A stretch of DNA of 64,000 nucleotides from Bacteroidales bacterium (GCA_965230045.1 OZ245940.1:458900-522899), one strand, 5' to 3'. Counted from the first letter of the stretch, positions 38,014 to 47,451 are shown. Program-made: numbers and translations. Notes: generated by a model not told the origin, from the sequence alone.

Positions 38014-39126
38014 TTACGCCTTCTTCTTATATCGGTTCACCGCCAGGCCGAGCATCAAAACAGCATAAATGCAAATGGCTGTAAACTGATGAGTGATATC
38101 CGAAAAGCGGCTGCCTTTCAGTAAAACCATACGCATTACCTCAATAAAATAGGCAATCGGATTGATGATGTTGAAATGCTGGGCCCAGTCGGGCATGCTT
38201 TCAACCGGAGTGAACAGGCCGCTCAGCAGGATAAAGATAATGGCAAAAAACCAGGCGATAAACATGGCCTGCTGCTGGGTTTCCGTGATGGTGGAGATAA
38301 ACAGTCCGATGCCCAGGATGACCATCAGGTAAACGGATGCAAATCCAAATACCAGCCATAAACTGCCCAGCATGGGAATATCGAAAGCTATTTTCGCCAC
38401 AGTAAGTCCAAAAGCCAGTTCAAAAAGGGCAATGACCCAAAAAGGGATCAATTTTCCGCTGATAAACTGCCAGCGTTTGATGGGCGTTACATTGATCTGT
38501 TCAATCGTACCGATTTCTTTTTCGCGCACGATGTTCATGCCGCTCAAAAAGAGGGCGATAACTGTGACCAACAACACCAATATCCCGGGAACCATATAAG
38601 TTTTGTAATTCAATTCGGGATTGAACCAAAAACGCCAGCTGCTTTGGATAAGCTCGGGTTTACCCAATAAAGGATAGGCTTCTGCAATCAGATTATTGTT
38701 GAAATCGCGAATAATCGAAGTAGCATAAGCGTTGCGCAGGCTGGCAGCATTTCCATCTACAGCATCATTCAGGAGCTGAACTTTTGCTTTTCCTTCTTTA
38801 TTCAGCCTGTCGCCAAAAGCTGGTTCAATCACCAAAACCTGGTGTGTCTGGCTCAGAAGAAGCGCTTCTTTGGCCTCAGCAACATCGTTCGGGTATCCAA
38901 CAATGGTAAAAAAATTGCTTCCATCAAATTTTCGTACCAGCTCACGCGATGCCGGACTTTTATCATGATCAACTACCATGATGTTCGTATTCTGGATATC
39001 AAAAGTGGCCGCAAAAGCCAGCACCAAAAGCTGCACAACAGGTACCACAAAAATTATGGGAAGCATGGTGCGGTTGCGGAAAATCTGCAAAAACTCCTTC
39101 TGTATAATAAATAATACTGTTCTCAT
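38014..39126 (-). CDS. ABC-2 type transporter permease (YbhR/YbhS-like)
   Basis: The ORF opens at 39291, but MRTVLFIIQKEFLQIFRNRTMLP (typical ABC-2 N-terminus) starts at 39126, overlapping the upstream stop as ATGA. It has six C-terminal TM segments. Confidence 0.8.
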   Translation of the reverse strand: MRTVLFIIQKEFLQIFRNRTMLPIIFVVPVVQLLVLAFAATFDIQNTNIMVVDHDKSPASRELVRKFDGSNFFTIVGYPNDVAEAKEALLLSQTHQVLVIEPAFGDRLNKEGKAKVQLLNDAVDGNAASLRNAYATSIIRDFNNNLIAEAYPLLGKPELIQSSWRFWFNPELNYKTYMVPGILVLLVTVIALFLSGMNIVREKEIGTIEQINVTPIKRWQFISGKLIPFWVIALFELAFGLTVAKIAFDIPMLGSLWLVFGFASVYLMVILGIGLFISTITETQQQAMFIAWFFAIIFILLSGLFTPVESMPDWAQHFNIINPIAYFIEVMRMVLLKGSRFSDITHQFTAICIYAVLMLGLAVNRYKKKA

Positions 39127-40223
39127 TGTAGCCTGATTTTGAATTTTTTGATGCTGAGCACGATAAAAAACAGGGTCATTAGGCCCAGGATCAGGGTTTC
39201 TGACCATAGTTCGGCTATGCCGTTTCCTTTCAGCATTATGCCGCGCAGGATGATGATAAACCATTTGGTGGGCATCAGGTTGCAAAACCATTGCAGAACA
39301 ATCGGCATGTTTTCAATAGGGAAGATGAAGCCACTCAATAAAATCGTTGGCAACATCATTACAAACATGGAAAGCATCATGGCAGTTTGCTGGCTGTTGC
39401 TGATGGTGCTGAAGAAAATGCCCAGTGCCAGTGCCATTATGATAAACAGAATGCTTTCAGCAAGCAACAGTGCCAGACTGCCCACAATGGGCATCCCAAA
39501 AACAAAATATCCCAAAACAAGTATGGTGATGGCGTTGATGAAGCTCAGCAAAATGTAGGGAAAAACTTTTCCGATGATGATCTGCGCGGGTTTCAATGGG
39601 CTGACCAGCAGTATTTCCATGGTTCCGAGCTCTTTTTCGCGGGCGATGGAGATAGATGTCATCATGGCTGAGAGCAGCATCAATATCACCGCAATAGTGC
39701 CGGGAATGAAAAGATAAACACTTTCGAGCTCTTCGTTGAAAAACATCCGGCTTTCTGTTTCCACTTCAATAGGAGGCTCCATTAAATCCTGTGTATATTC
39801 CAATTGATATTTCATGAGTATGCCATTGGTATAATTTACCAGCAGATTGGCCATATTGGGATCGGAAGCGTCTGCCAGGATTTGTACCGATGGTTTTTGT
39901 CCGCTGCCGAGTTTTGAAGCAAATTTGTTTTCAAAAACAATAACTTCCTTAATTTTCCCTGAGCGAAACCCTTCTTCAATCTGATTCGGGCTTTGCAGTT
40001 CGTCCTGCAATATAAAATAGCCGGATGAGGTGATTTTATCGATGATTTTTCCGGTTTCCGCATCGCGGCTGTTGTCGAGCACGGCCAGGCGGGCATCCTT
40101 CAGGTCGTTGGTTATGGCAAAACCAAAGATCATGACCTGGATGAGCGGCATGCCAAATAAAATGATCATGCTGCGCACATCGCGAAAAATATGATAGAAC
40201 TCTTTGATTATAAATGATTTCAT
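39123..40223 (-). CDS. ABC-2 type transporter permease (YbhS/YbhR-like)
   Basis: 366 aa. MKSFIIKEFYHIFRDVRSMIILF, a large first periplasmic loop and a C-terminal TM bundle. Confidence 0.8.
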   Translation of the reverse strand: MKSFIIKEFYHIFRDVRSMIILFGMPLIQVMIFGFAITNDLKDARLAVLDNSRDAETGKIIDKITSSGYFILQDELQSPNQIEEGFRSGKIKEVIVFENKFASKLGSGQKPSVQILADASDPNMANLLVNYTNGILMKYQLEYTQDLMEPPIEVETESRMFFNEELESVYLFIPGTIAVILMLLSAMMTSISIAREKELGTMEILLVSPLKPAQIIIGKVFPYILLSFINAITILVLGYFVFGMPIVGSLALLLAESILFIIMALALGIFFSTISNSQQTAMMLSMFVMMLPTILLSGFIFPIENMPIVLQWFCNLMPTKWFIIILRGIMLKGNGIAELWSETLILGLMTLFFIVLSIKKFKIRLQ

Positions 40224-40237
40224 AATGTCATTTTTAT

Positions 40238-40966
40238 TTAACCCCTTGCCAGGTGAATAAAAACCTCTTCGAGTGTTGGAACCTCAAATTGTTTTTTTAG
40301 GCCGGCAGGTGTATCCAGGGCACCGATGCGCCCGGCAACCATAATGGAAACCCGCTCGCAGTATTCCGCTTCGTCCATATAATGGGTTGTTACGAAAACC
40401 GTTGTGCCTTTATCGGAAGCTTCATAAATCAAATCCCAGAATTGCCTGCGTGTTACCGGATCCACTCCACCGGTGGGTTCGTCCAGGAAAACAATGGCCG
40501 GTTCATGGATCATTGCCAGGCTAAAGGAAAGCTTTTGTTTCCAGCCCAACGGAATGCTTTTCAGGAGCGTGTCGCCGGCCTTTTCCAAATCGAGTTTGTG
40601 CAGATAAAAGTCGGTTTTTTCCCGGATTTCGCTTTTCGACAGGCCGTAAATGCCTCCATAAAAGCGAAAGTTTTCGCGAATGCTTAAATCGTCGTACAAA
40701 CTGAATTTTTGGCTCATATAGCCAATATTTTTTTTGATGTGCTCACTTTGTGTATGTGCGTCATAACCTGCTACTTTGATATCGCCGGAAGTAGGGCGGG
40801 AGAGGCCACATAAAATGCGGATCGCGGTGGTTTTCCCAGCTCCGTTGGCGCCCAAAAAACCGAAAATCTCTCCTTTGTACACATCAAAACTCAAGTTGTC
40901 GTTGGCCGTGAAATCGCCAAACTTTTTCACCATATTGCGCACTTCTATTACTTTTTCCCTGCTCAT
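40238..40966 (-). CDS. ABC transporter ATP-binding protein
   Basis: Walker A GANGAGKTT, signature LSFSLAM-type segment, Walker B IVFLDEPT. I prefer the start at M11 (40966), which forms an ATGA overlap with the upstream ATPase gene. Confidence 0.85.
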   Translation of the reverse strand: MSREKVIEVRNMVKKFGDFTANDNLSFDVYKGEIFGFLGANGAGKTTAIRILCGLSRPTSGDIKVAGYDAHTQSEHIKKNIGYMSQKFSLYDDLSIRENFRFYGGIYGLSKSEIREKTDFYLHKLDLEKAGDTLLKSIPLGWKQKLSFSLAMIHEPAIVFLDEPTGGVDPVTRRQFWDLIYEASDKGTTVFVTTHYMDEAEYCERVSIMVAGRIGALDTPAGLKKQFEVPTLEEVFIHLARG

Positions 40967-41868
40967 GATACCTCCTTCATCAGGTTCATAAAACAATCTT
41001 CAATACCTGCAGAAATTTGCTTTGTATTGATGTTTTTGTGCCCGTCACATTTAAGTGATTCAGCAATGTTTTCTATACGGCCTTCTGCTTTCAGGCTGAT
41101 ATGGGCATATTCGCCAAAGCTGAAAACCGAATGGAGCTCTTCGTAGGTACGCAGATCCTGCATCATGCGATAGAAGTTTTCTGTTTTTATGGCATAAAGC
41201 GGATGAGGATAAGCCGCGCAGATGTTTTGGGGTGTGTTTACCTCCATCAAATGTCCGCCCTGTATGAGCGCTATACGGTCGCAAAGCATGGCTTCATCCA
41301 TATAGGGCGTGGAAACAATAATGCTGATGCCTTTTTCTTTGAGTTTTTTCAGCATCTGCCAGAATTCTTTGCGCGAAACAGCATCCACACCTGTGGTGGG
41401 CTCATCGAGGAAAAGCATTTCAGGTTTATGAATGAGTGCGCAGCTGAGTGCGAGTTTTTGCTTCATGCCTCCGGAGAGTTTTCCGGCCCGCCGCTTTTTG
41501 AAAGGCTCGATTTGCTGGTAGATATCTTTGACCAAATCGTAGTTTTCTTCAATGGTGGTTTTGAATATGCTTGCAAAGAATTTCAGGTTTTCTTCTACGC
41601 TCAGATCCTGATAGAGCGAGAAACGGCCCGGCATATAGCCCACGGATTGGCGGATTTTTTTGTATTCCTTCACCACATCGTAACCAGCTACTGTGGCTTT
41701 CCCTTCATCGGGCAATAAAAGACTGGTGAGTATGCGGAAAAGCGTGGTTTTCCCCGCACCGTCCGGTCCAATGAAACCAAACAGCTCTCCAGGCGATGTT
41801 TCTACATGCACGTTTTGCAGGGCTTTCGTGGCTCCGTAGGATTTGCTTATGTTTTCCAGCTTGATCAT
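40963..41868 (-). CDS. ABC transporter ATP-binding protein
   Basis: 301 aa. Walker A GPDGAGKTT, LSGGMKQKL signature, Walker B MLFLDEPT. Confidence 0.85.
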   Translation of the reverse strand: MIKLENISKSYGATKALQNVHVETSPGELFGFIGPDGAGKTTLFRILTSLLLPDEGKATVAGYDVVKEYKKIRQSVGYMPGRFSLYQDLSVEENLKFFASIFKTTIEENYDLVKDIYQQIEPFKKRRAGKLSGGMKQKLALSCALIHKPEMLFLDEPTTGVDAVSRKEFWQMLKKLKEKGISIIVSTPYMDEAMLCDRIALIQGGHLMEVNTPQNICAAYPHPLYAIKTENFYRMMQDLRTYEELHSVFSFGEYAHISLKAEGRIENIAESLKCDGHKNINTKQISAGIEDCFMNLMKEVS

Positions 41869-41904
41869 TCGCTTGCTTTGCTTGTTTTGCTTGTTTTTTA
41901 GAAA

Positions 41905-42798
41905 CTACTGCTTAAAATAGAGCTCGCCCGGCATCCCGATCTTAATTTTGCCGTCTTTATTGTCCACCCTGATTTTCACGGCATAGACTAGATTTACCCT
42001 TTCTTCTTTTGTCTGGATCACCTTTGGGGTAAACTCAGCCTGATCGGCAATCCAGCAAACGATACCGTCAACATTCTGGTTGCTTTTTTCATTTTTATCG
42101 AAACTTACCACGGCATTTTGTCCGATTTTTACATTGGGCAATTGAGCTCCGCTTACAAAAGCTTTGAGTTTCATGGTGTTGAGATCCGCAATTTTATAAA
42201 GGGGCTTGCCAAAAGCAGTAATTTCATTGGCATAAACGTATTTGGCCAAAACCACTCCGTCTATTGGATTTATAATAACCGATTTGTTGATCTGGTCTTC
42301 AATCTCAGCCATTTGGCGGTCTGCTACAGCAGCTTCATCCAATACGGACTGCTTCTGCGAACTAATGGAGGTAATTTGCTTCTGAGCAGCACTTACCTGC
42401 CCATCGATATCATCTTTTTGTTGCTGGGTAGCTGCTCCGGCGGCAAATAAATTATCGATCCGTTTTTGGGTGATGATGAGATTTTCCAGGATTTGTTCCT
42501 GCACTTTAATCTGTGCATTGATACTGCTTAAATGCGAGAGGATGGCTTTTTGAGATTGGATCAATTGCATTTTTCGCAGGTGGAGGCTTGTGGTATCTAC
42601 ATATCCGATCATTTGGCCTTCGCTGAGCTGTTGGCCTTCTTCCAGATCAAATATTAAAAGTTTTCCGTTGGCTTCTGAAGAGATGGTGATTTCATCCGAT
42701 TCAAAATTACCAAAAGCATCCGGTTTCTCTTTCATTTTCGGGCAGCCTGTCATTAATAATGCTACCAGTCCTATAATCCAAAAATTCTTGATTTTCAT
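41905..42798 (-). CDS. HlyD-family membrane fusion protein (YbhG-like)
   Basis: 297 aa. Lipobox MTGC, a long coiled-coil hairpin and a C-terminal beta-barrel (PGMPGELYF). Confidence 0.75.
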   Translation of the reverse strand: MKIKNFWIIGLVALLMTGCPKMKEKPDAFGNFESDEITISSEANGKLLIFDLEEGQQLSEGQMIGYVDTTSLHLRKMQLIQSQKAILSHLSSINAQIKVQEQILENLIITQKRIDNLFAAGAATQQQKDDIDGQVSAAQKQITSISSQKQSVLDEAAVADRQMAEIEDQINKSVIINPIDGVVLAKYVYANEITAFGKPLYKIADLNTMKLKAFVSGAQLPNVKIGQNAVVSFDKNEKSNQNVDGIVCWIADQAEFTPKVIQTKEERVNLVYAVKIRVDNKDGKIKIGMPGELYFKQ

Positions 42799-42826
42799 GA
42801 TATTCTGTATTGGAGGTGTTTTGTTT

Positions 42827-44086
42827 TTAAAGTTTGCCTAAAGCGATATTATAATTCAGTTTTGCGTTGATTAACTGTATTTTATGATTTTCGGCATTGA
42901 TTTTTGCCTGTGTTTCCTCATTCAGCTGATTGATATACTCTGATGAGGTGATGATTCCGTTACTCAATTGAGCTTCTGCTGTTTTCACCACATTTCCTTT
43001 TAGCGCAATGATTTCCCGGTCACTTTGCATCAGGTTTTCATATTTCAGGATTTCCTTTTGGATTTGAAGCAACTCGGCCTGCACTTCTGTTGTAAAGGTG
43101 TTTTGATTTTCCGTGATGATTTCCTGGCGCAATCTGTTGATCTTCTGCTCGCGCTCTACTTTATGCCAGTTCCATGGCTTCCAGTACAGCCGGATTCCTA
43201 CCAGATAATAGCCGCTAAAATCATCATCAAGCATATTCAGGCCCGGGCGGCCATATCCGGCCTGACCGAAGCCACTGAGTTTGGGCAGGTTTTGCAATGC
43301 TGTGAGCTTATCCGAAGTTTCCACTAATTTCTTTTGTGATTCGAGGAGCTGATATTCAGGGCGCAGGGCAATATTATTGTCCGGACTAAATGCAGCGGAA
43401 GGGTGTAGCAACTGGACGGTGGTGAGCTTCATACCGCAATAATGTGCCAACATATCGAGCAGCCCTTCCTGTGTGAAATTCGTTTCACTGAGTATTTGCT
43501 GACTTTTAATTTTTCCGGCTCTGAGATTGTCGCCAATGCTCGATAAAACGGCACCATTTTGAATGCCCACATCTACTTCTTTAATGCGTGCATCAAGGCT
43601 GCTGATGTTTTCGATAATTAATTCTTTGCTGTTTTCGAGCATGATCACTTGCAGATAAAGCTCTTTGATGCGCTTTTTTAAGTTGTATAATTCTACGGCA
43701 ATTGCCTGATGTTCCGTTTGGGCATTGGCTTCTTCCAGCTCCCGGCTGTGCTTTAGCGAACCTCCATCGTATATCAGTTGGCTCATTTCCAGATACATTT
43801 TATATTGATCCTTGCTCAGTTCGGGAATGTTTAAATTGGGAACAGGGATGTCGATTTTCGTAACATCTGATTGGTAAGTAGCCTGAGCATTGAGGCTGAT
43901 CTGTGGAAGCCAGCTGCTCTGGTGGTTGCTTTCGGCGAGCTCTTTCTTTTGGTCAATCAATGCGTTTTCCCGGATTTTGGGGTAATTTTCTACGGCCAGG
44001 CTCATCAGGCTGTCGAGGCTAAACTGCTGCTGTGCCTGCAATGCCAGAAAAGGGAATAAACTGAGGAAAATAAGTAATTTCCGCAT
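42827..44086 (-). CDS. TolC-family outer membrane protein
   Basis: 419 aa. Signal peptide (LALQAQQQ) and the two-repeat coiled-coil architecture. Confidence 0.8.
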   Translation of the reverse strand: MRKLLIFLSLFPFLALQAQQQFSLDSLMSLAVENYPKIRENALIDQKKELAESNHQSSWLPQISLNAQATYQSDVTKIDIPVPNLNIPELSKDQYKMYLEMSQLIYDGGSLKHSRELEEANAQTEHQAIAVELYNLKKRIKELYLQVIMLENSKELIIENISSLDARIKEVDVGIQNGAVLSSIGDNLRAGKIKSQQILSETNFTQEGLLDMLAHYCGMKLTTVQLLHPSAAFSPDNNIALRPEYQLLESQKKLVETSDKLTALQNLPKLSGFGQAGYGRPGLNMLDDDFSGYYLVGIRLYWKPWNWHKVEREQKINRLRQEIITENQNTFTTEVQAELLQIQKEILKYENLMQSDREIIALKGNVVKTAEAQLSNGIITSSEYINQLNEETQAKINAENHKIQLINAKLNYNIALGKL

Positions 44087-44088
44087 GA

Positions 44089-44697
44089 TTATTGGTTTTT
44101 AAGGTTTTCGTTTATCATTTTTACAATATTCTCAATCCGGTGATCGAGGAATTGATTGTATTCATCTATTTTGCCCTGAAAAACAATTCCTGCCATGGTG
44201 GCGCGGGCGGCAATCGGGAATAGGATCAGCGACAGAATGTTAAGAATAATCTCCCTGGGGTCGATGGGGCGGATTTCGCCGCTTTCTATTGCCTGATGTA
44301 CGCGCTCAAAAAATGCTTTCAAGGGAAGACGCTCCGACAAAAAGGACTGGACAATTTTTTCAGGATTGCGGTTAATTTCATTGATTACAAACAGCGGCAA
44401 AAAGGGATTTTCCTTAATAAAACCGTAATAAGTACGAATAAACCTGTTGATGACTTCACTGAAAGGCACATTGTCCTGTGTAATCTTTTCAAGATTGGGA
44501 ACCAGTCTCTTTAAAATGCTTTGAAAAATGGAATCGAAGAGTTTTTCCTTGCTGCGAAAATAATAATGGAGCAGGGCTTTATTGATTCCTGCTTCATCGG
44601 CGATATCCTGCATGCGTGCCGCATCAAAGCCTTTGCGGATAAATACTTTTTTTGCGGCCTCAAAAATTTGTTGTTCCGTATTGTGTTCTTCTGACAT
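44089..44697 (-). CDS. TetR/AcrR-family transcriptional regulator
   Basis: 202 aa. N-terminal HTH GFDAARMQDIADEAGINKALLHYYFRSKEKLF. Its stop is 2 nt from the TolC start. Confidence 0.85.
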   Translation of the reverse strand: MSEEHNTEQQIFEAAKKVFIRKGFDAARMQDIADEAGINKALLHYYFRSKEKLFDSIFQSILKRLVPNLEKITQDNVPFSEVINRFIRTYYGFIKENPFLPLFVINEINRNPEKIVQSFLSERLPLKAFFERVHQAIESGEIRPIDPREIILNILSLILFPIAARATMAGIVFQGKIDEYNQFLDHRIENIVKMINENLKNQ

Positions 44698-44736
44698 TTT
44701 AACCTCCTACTTTAAACATTAAGTTTAATTTTTTGA

Positions 44737-44754
44737 TTTAACCATATGATTAAA
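44737..44754. promoter_or_regulatory. Imperfect 18-bp palindrome TTTAACCATATGATTAAA; candidate TetR operator
   Basis: 16/18 positions are self-complementary around a CATATG centre. It lies 40 nt upstream of the TetR start. A second inverted repeat, TTAAAC-N5-GTTTAA, is at 44712-44728. Confidence 0.35.
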
Positions 44755-44905
44755 CCATGTGGCAAATATACGTGCATTCGATTGTGTTTGTCAAGTGTTT
44801 TTACTATTAATTTTTTCATTTTGATGTATGTAACTGATTGTCAGTAAAAAAATCAAGTATCTTTTTTTTGAGCTTTAATAAAAATGATTATCTTTATGCC
44901 TTGAG

Positions 44906-45556
44906 ATGATGATGACTTCAAAAGAAACATACAACACCTATCTTGAAAACCTGATTCAAGGCAACCGGCATACCTGTGCAGGTATCGTAAATGATTTAAT
45001 GCAAGAAGGCCATAGCGTTAAATCGGTTTACAATGATATTTTCAGGGATTCGCTTTACGAAATCGGGCGCAAATGGGAGCGCAACGAGATTTCTGTTGCC
45101 GTCGAACATTTGGCCACATCCATTACCGAAAGCCTGATGAACCTTGTATATCCCTATCTTTTTAATCAGGAACATAAAAACCGAAAGGCCATAATCAGTT
45201 CAGCTGTAAACGAATACCACCAGATTGGAGGCCGTATGGTTGCCGACATCATAGAAATGAACGGGTGGGACAGTTATTACCTGGGCGCCAATACACCGCT
45301 TACGGAATTGCTGCGCATGATTGAAGAAAAAAAGCCGGATGTTGTGGGTTTATCGGTGAGTATGTACTATAACCTCTACCGCCTAAGCGATTATATTTCG
45401 AGCATCCGGCAGCAGTTTCCTTTTGTTGAGGTGCTTGTGGGCGGACATGCTTTTGCACATGGTGCAGAGGAAGTGCTTTCAGCGCATTCAGGCGTGGTAC
45501 ATCTCAAAGGACTGGAGGATCTGGAAGATTATCTGAAACAGAAATATGCCGAATAA
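44906..45556 (+). CDS. Stand-alone cobalamin (B12)-binding domain protein, CarH/AerR-type module without an output domain
   Basis: 216 aa. Helical cap with W-x9-EH (KWERNEISVAVEH). Rossmann half with E-x-H-x-x-G (NEYHQIGG), then 41 aa to SVS and 26 aa to GG (VLVGGHAF). Confidence 0.75.
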   Translation: MMMTSKETYNTYLENLIQGNRHTCAGIVNDLMQEGHSVKSVYNDIFRDSLYEIGRKWERNEISVAVEHLATSITESLMNLVYPYLFNQEHKNRKAIISSAVNEYHQIGGRMVADIIEMNGWDSYYLGANTPLTELLRMIEEKKPDVVGLSVSMYYNLYRLSDYISSIRQQFPFVEVLVGGHAFAHGAEEVLSAHSGVVHLKGLEDLEDYLKQKYAE

Positions 45557-46667
45557 AATACTACATGAGCTTTGCTTCAGGCATTTGTGGGAAAATGCCG
45601 AATCGCCTGCCTTTATTTTTTCTCCGGAAGGCGATTTATTGGACATGAACAACTTTGCAAAAGAAACCATCGGCCGCGCTGCACACGCGCTTGATTTCAA
45701 ATCTGTTTTTTTGGATTTTTACAATCAGCTGTCATTATCGACTTTATGCCAAAAAGAGCAGGCCAGTTTGTTGAACCTGAATACAGGTGGTGATTTGCCT
45801 TTGAGTTTTTATTTCAGGTTTTATTGCATTGGTGGCAGCATTATGGCCATTGGTGAGCGCGGCAGCCGGGAAACAGACCGCATGCAAAAACAAATGGTGG
45901 AACTGAACAGCGAGTTGAATGTTAAAACGCGCGAACTTTTTAAAGCCAATGCGGAATTACAAAAGCTGAACAAACAAAAAAATGAGTTTATCGGCATTGC
46001 AGCCCATGACCTCAGGAACCCGATTGCTTCCATTATGATGTACAGCGATTTTTTAATTGAAGAATACGATGAAAAGCTTTCTCCGGATCAGTTAAAAATT
46101 CTCAATACCATAAAAAACCAAAGTGAGTTCATGCTTCACTTGCTCAACGATTTACTGGACATCTCCAAAATTGAACTGGGAAAACTTGATTTGCAGAAAG
46201 AAAAGTTTGCTTTGGACCAGTTGATTTTGGATAATATCCGCTTGAACCAATCATTGGCCGACAAAAAGGACATCAAAATTGTTTTTACCAATCTGGACAC
46301 CATTCCGAAAGTCAATGCCGATATAAATAAAATCAGGCAGGTATTTATTAATTTGCTCACCAATGCCATTAAGTACAGCAGCAAAGGAAGCAAAGTTGAG
46401 GTAAATATTTTTTCGACCGGCAAAGATATAGCTGTGGGCATAAAAGATGAAGGAATTGGCATCCCGCTGGAAGAACAGGATAAAATATTTAAGCCTTTTG
46501 CAACTACATCGGCCAAACCTACCGACGGAGAAAAAAGTACCGGGCTTGGCCTCGTAATTGTGAAGCGTATCATTATCGGACATCAGGGGAAAATATGGTT
46601 TGAAAGCCAGCCCGGAAAAGGCACTACCTTTTATTTTTCATTGCCCATCAATCAAAAACCAAAATAA
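45546..46667 (+). CDS. Cytoplasmic PAS-like sensor histidine kinase
   Basis: 373 aa with no TM segment. PAS-like N-terminus, coiled-coil linker, H-box IAAHDLRNP, N box LLTNAIKYS, G1 DEGIGIP, G2 GLGLVIVK. The start overlaps the preceding gene by 11 nt. Confidence 0.85.
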   Translation: MPNKILHELCFRHLWENAESPAFIFSPEGDLLDMNNFAKETIGRAAHALDFKSVFLDFYNQLSLSTLCQKEQASLLNLNTGGDLPLSFYFRFYCIGGSIMAIGERGSRETDRMQKQMVELNSELNVKTRELFKANAELQKLNKQKNEFIGIAAHDLRNPIASIMMYSDFLIEEYDEKLSPDQLKILNTIKNQSEFMLHLLNDLLDISKIELGKLDLQKEKFALDQLILDNIRLNQSLADKKDIKIVFTNLDTIPKVNADINKIRQVFINLLTNAIKYSSKGSKVEVNIFSTGKDIAVGIKDEGIGIPLEEQDKIFKPFATTSAKPTDGEKSTGLGLVIVKRIIIGHQGKIWFESQPGKGTTFYFSLPINQKPK

Positions 46668-47108
46668 ATGGATAATCAGAATCTTATCGAACAGGCAGAA
46701 CAAATTCAGGCGATCAGCTCCGAAACAGCAGAGAAGTTTTATAATTCTTCGCCGAAAATGATCGTGGATTTGAATATAAAAATGCTGGTTCGGCCCGATC
46801 TCGAAAGGCTTATTGGCAAGGATAACAAAGATATGATGGTGCAGAACCACCAAAATCAGTTTCGTTTTATGCAGTCGGTCATGACGATGTATAAAGCCAA
46901 TGTTTTTGTTGAAACCCTGACCTGGGTTTTTCATACATACCGCTCACATGGCTTTACCGAAGCTTACTGGCCGGCAATGCTCAATACACTTTTCGGGGTG
47001 ATGGAAGCACATTTAGATGAAGCAGCCTATAAGGAAGTGTATCCTTTTTACCATTTCATCCTGATAAACCAACCGGCGATTAACCAATTGGCTTTTTCGG
47101 ATGATTAA
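46668..47108 (+). CDS. Small all-helical hypothetical protein coupled to the kinase gene
   Basis: 146 aa. Its ATG immediately follows the kinase TAA (46665-46670). Aromatic/His-rich helices (WVFHTYRSHGFTEAYWPAM). I recognise no family. Confidence 0.5.
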   Translation: MDNQNLIEQAEQIQAISSETAEKFYNSSPKMIVDLNIKMLVRPDLERLIGKDNKDMMVQNHQNQFRFMQSVMTMYKANVFVETLTWVFHTYRSHGFTEAYWPAMLNTLFGVMEAHLDEAAYKEVYPFYHFILINQPAINQLAFSDD

Positions 47109-47157
47109 AATATTTTGCATAACAAACAGGTTTATGCAAGCGTTAGAAGAATAAAAT

Positions 47158-47451
47158 ATGGACAAACCCAAACTGGATCAACGGCTTTTCTGGGATGTGG
47201 ATGAAAAAACCATCGACTACCAAAAAAATGCAGCTTTTGTAATTGAGCGCGTTTTTGAACGTGGCGATGTGGAAGACATCCGCCAATGCCGCCGTTTTTA
47301 TGGCGATGATAAAGTGCGGGAGGTGCTCTTAAACGCTAAGTTTTTGCCGCTTTATACCATGCATCTTGCAGCAGCTGTAGTAAATGAACCCATAGAAGAA
47401 TTCAGATGTTACAAACGCAGACAGTCGAACCCGGAACTTTTTCCGTACTAA
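47158..47451 (+). CDS. Small conserved protein, putative cognate partner/antitoxin of the downstream AbiEii-type nucleotidyltransferase
   Basis: 97 aa. FWDVDEKTIDYQKNAAFVIERVFERGDVEDIRQCRRFYG and the C-terminal FRCYKRRQSNPELFPY resemble a family I recall upstream of short AbiEii genes in Bacteroidota. It overlaps the next gene by 46 nt. Confidence 0.5.
   Translation: MDKPKLDQRLFWDVDEKTIDYQKNAAFVIERVFERGDVEDIRQCRRFYGDDKVREVLLNAKFLPLYTMHLAAAVVNEPIEEFRCYKRRQSNPELFPY

Noticed and set aside
39127-39291. 55-codon N-terminal extension of the ABC-2 permease; similar extensions occur at 25086-25148 (RND), 40967-40996 (ATPase), 62609-62704 (EEP protein) and 12022-12057 (PorZ-like)
   Set aside because: In each case an internal ATG gives the canonical family N-terminus or signal peptide, and often an ATGA overlap with the upstream gene. 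The extensions overlap upstream coding sequence or look non-coding.
44698-44905. Looked for a cobalamin riboswitch upstream of the B12-binding protein gene
   Set aside because: The region is short and AT-rich. It lacks a B12-box-like GCCACTG element or the extended GC-paired stems expected of the riboswitch.
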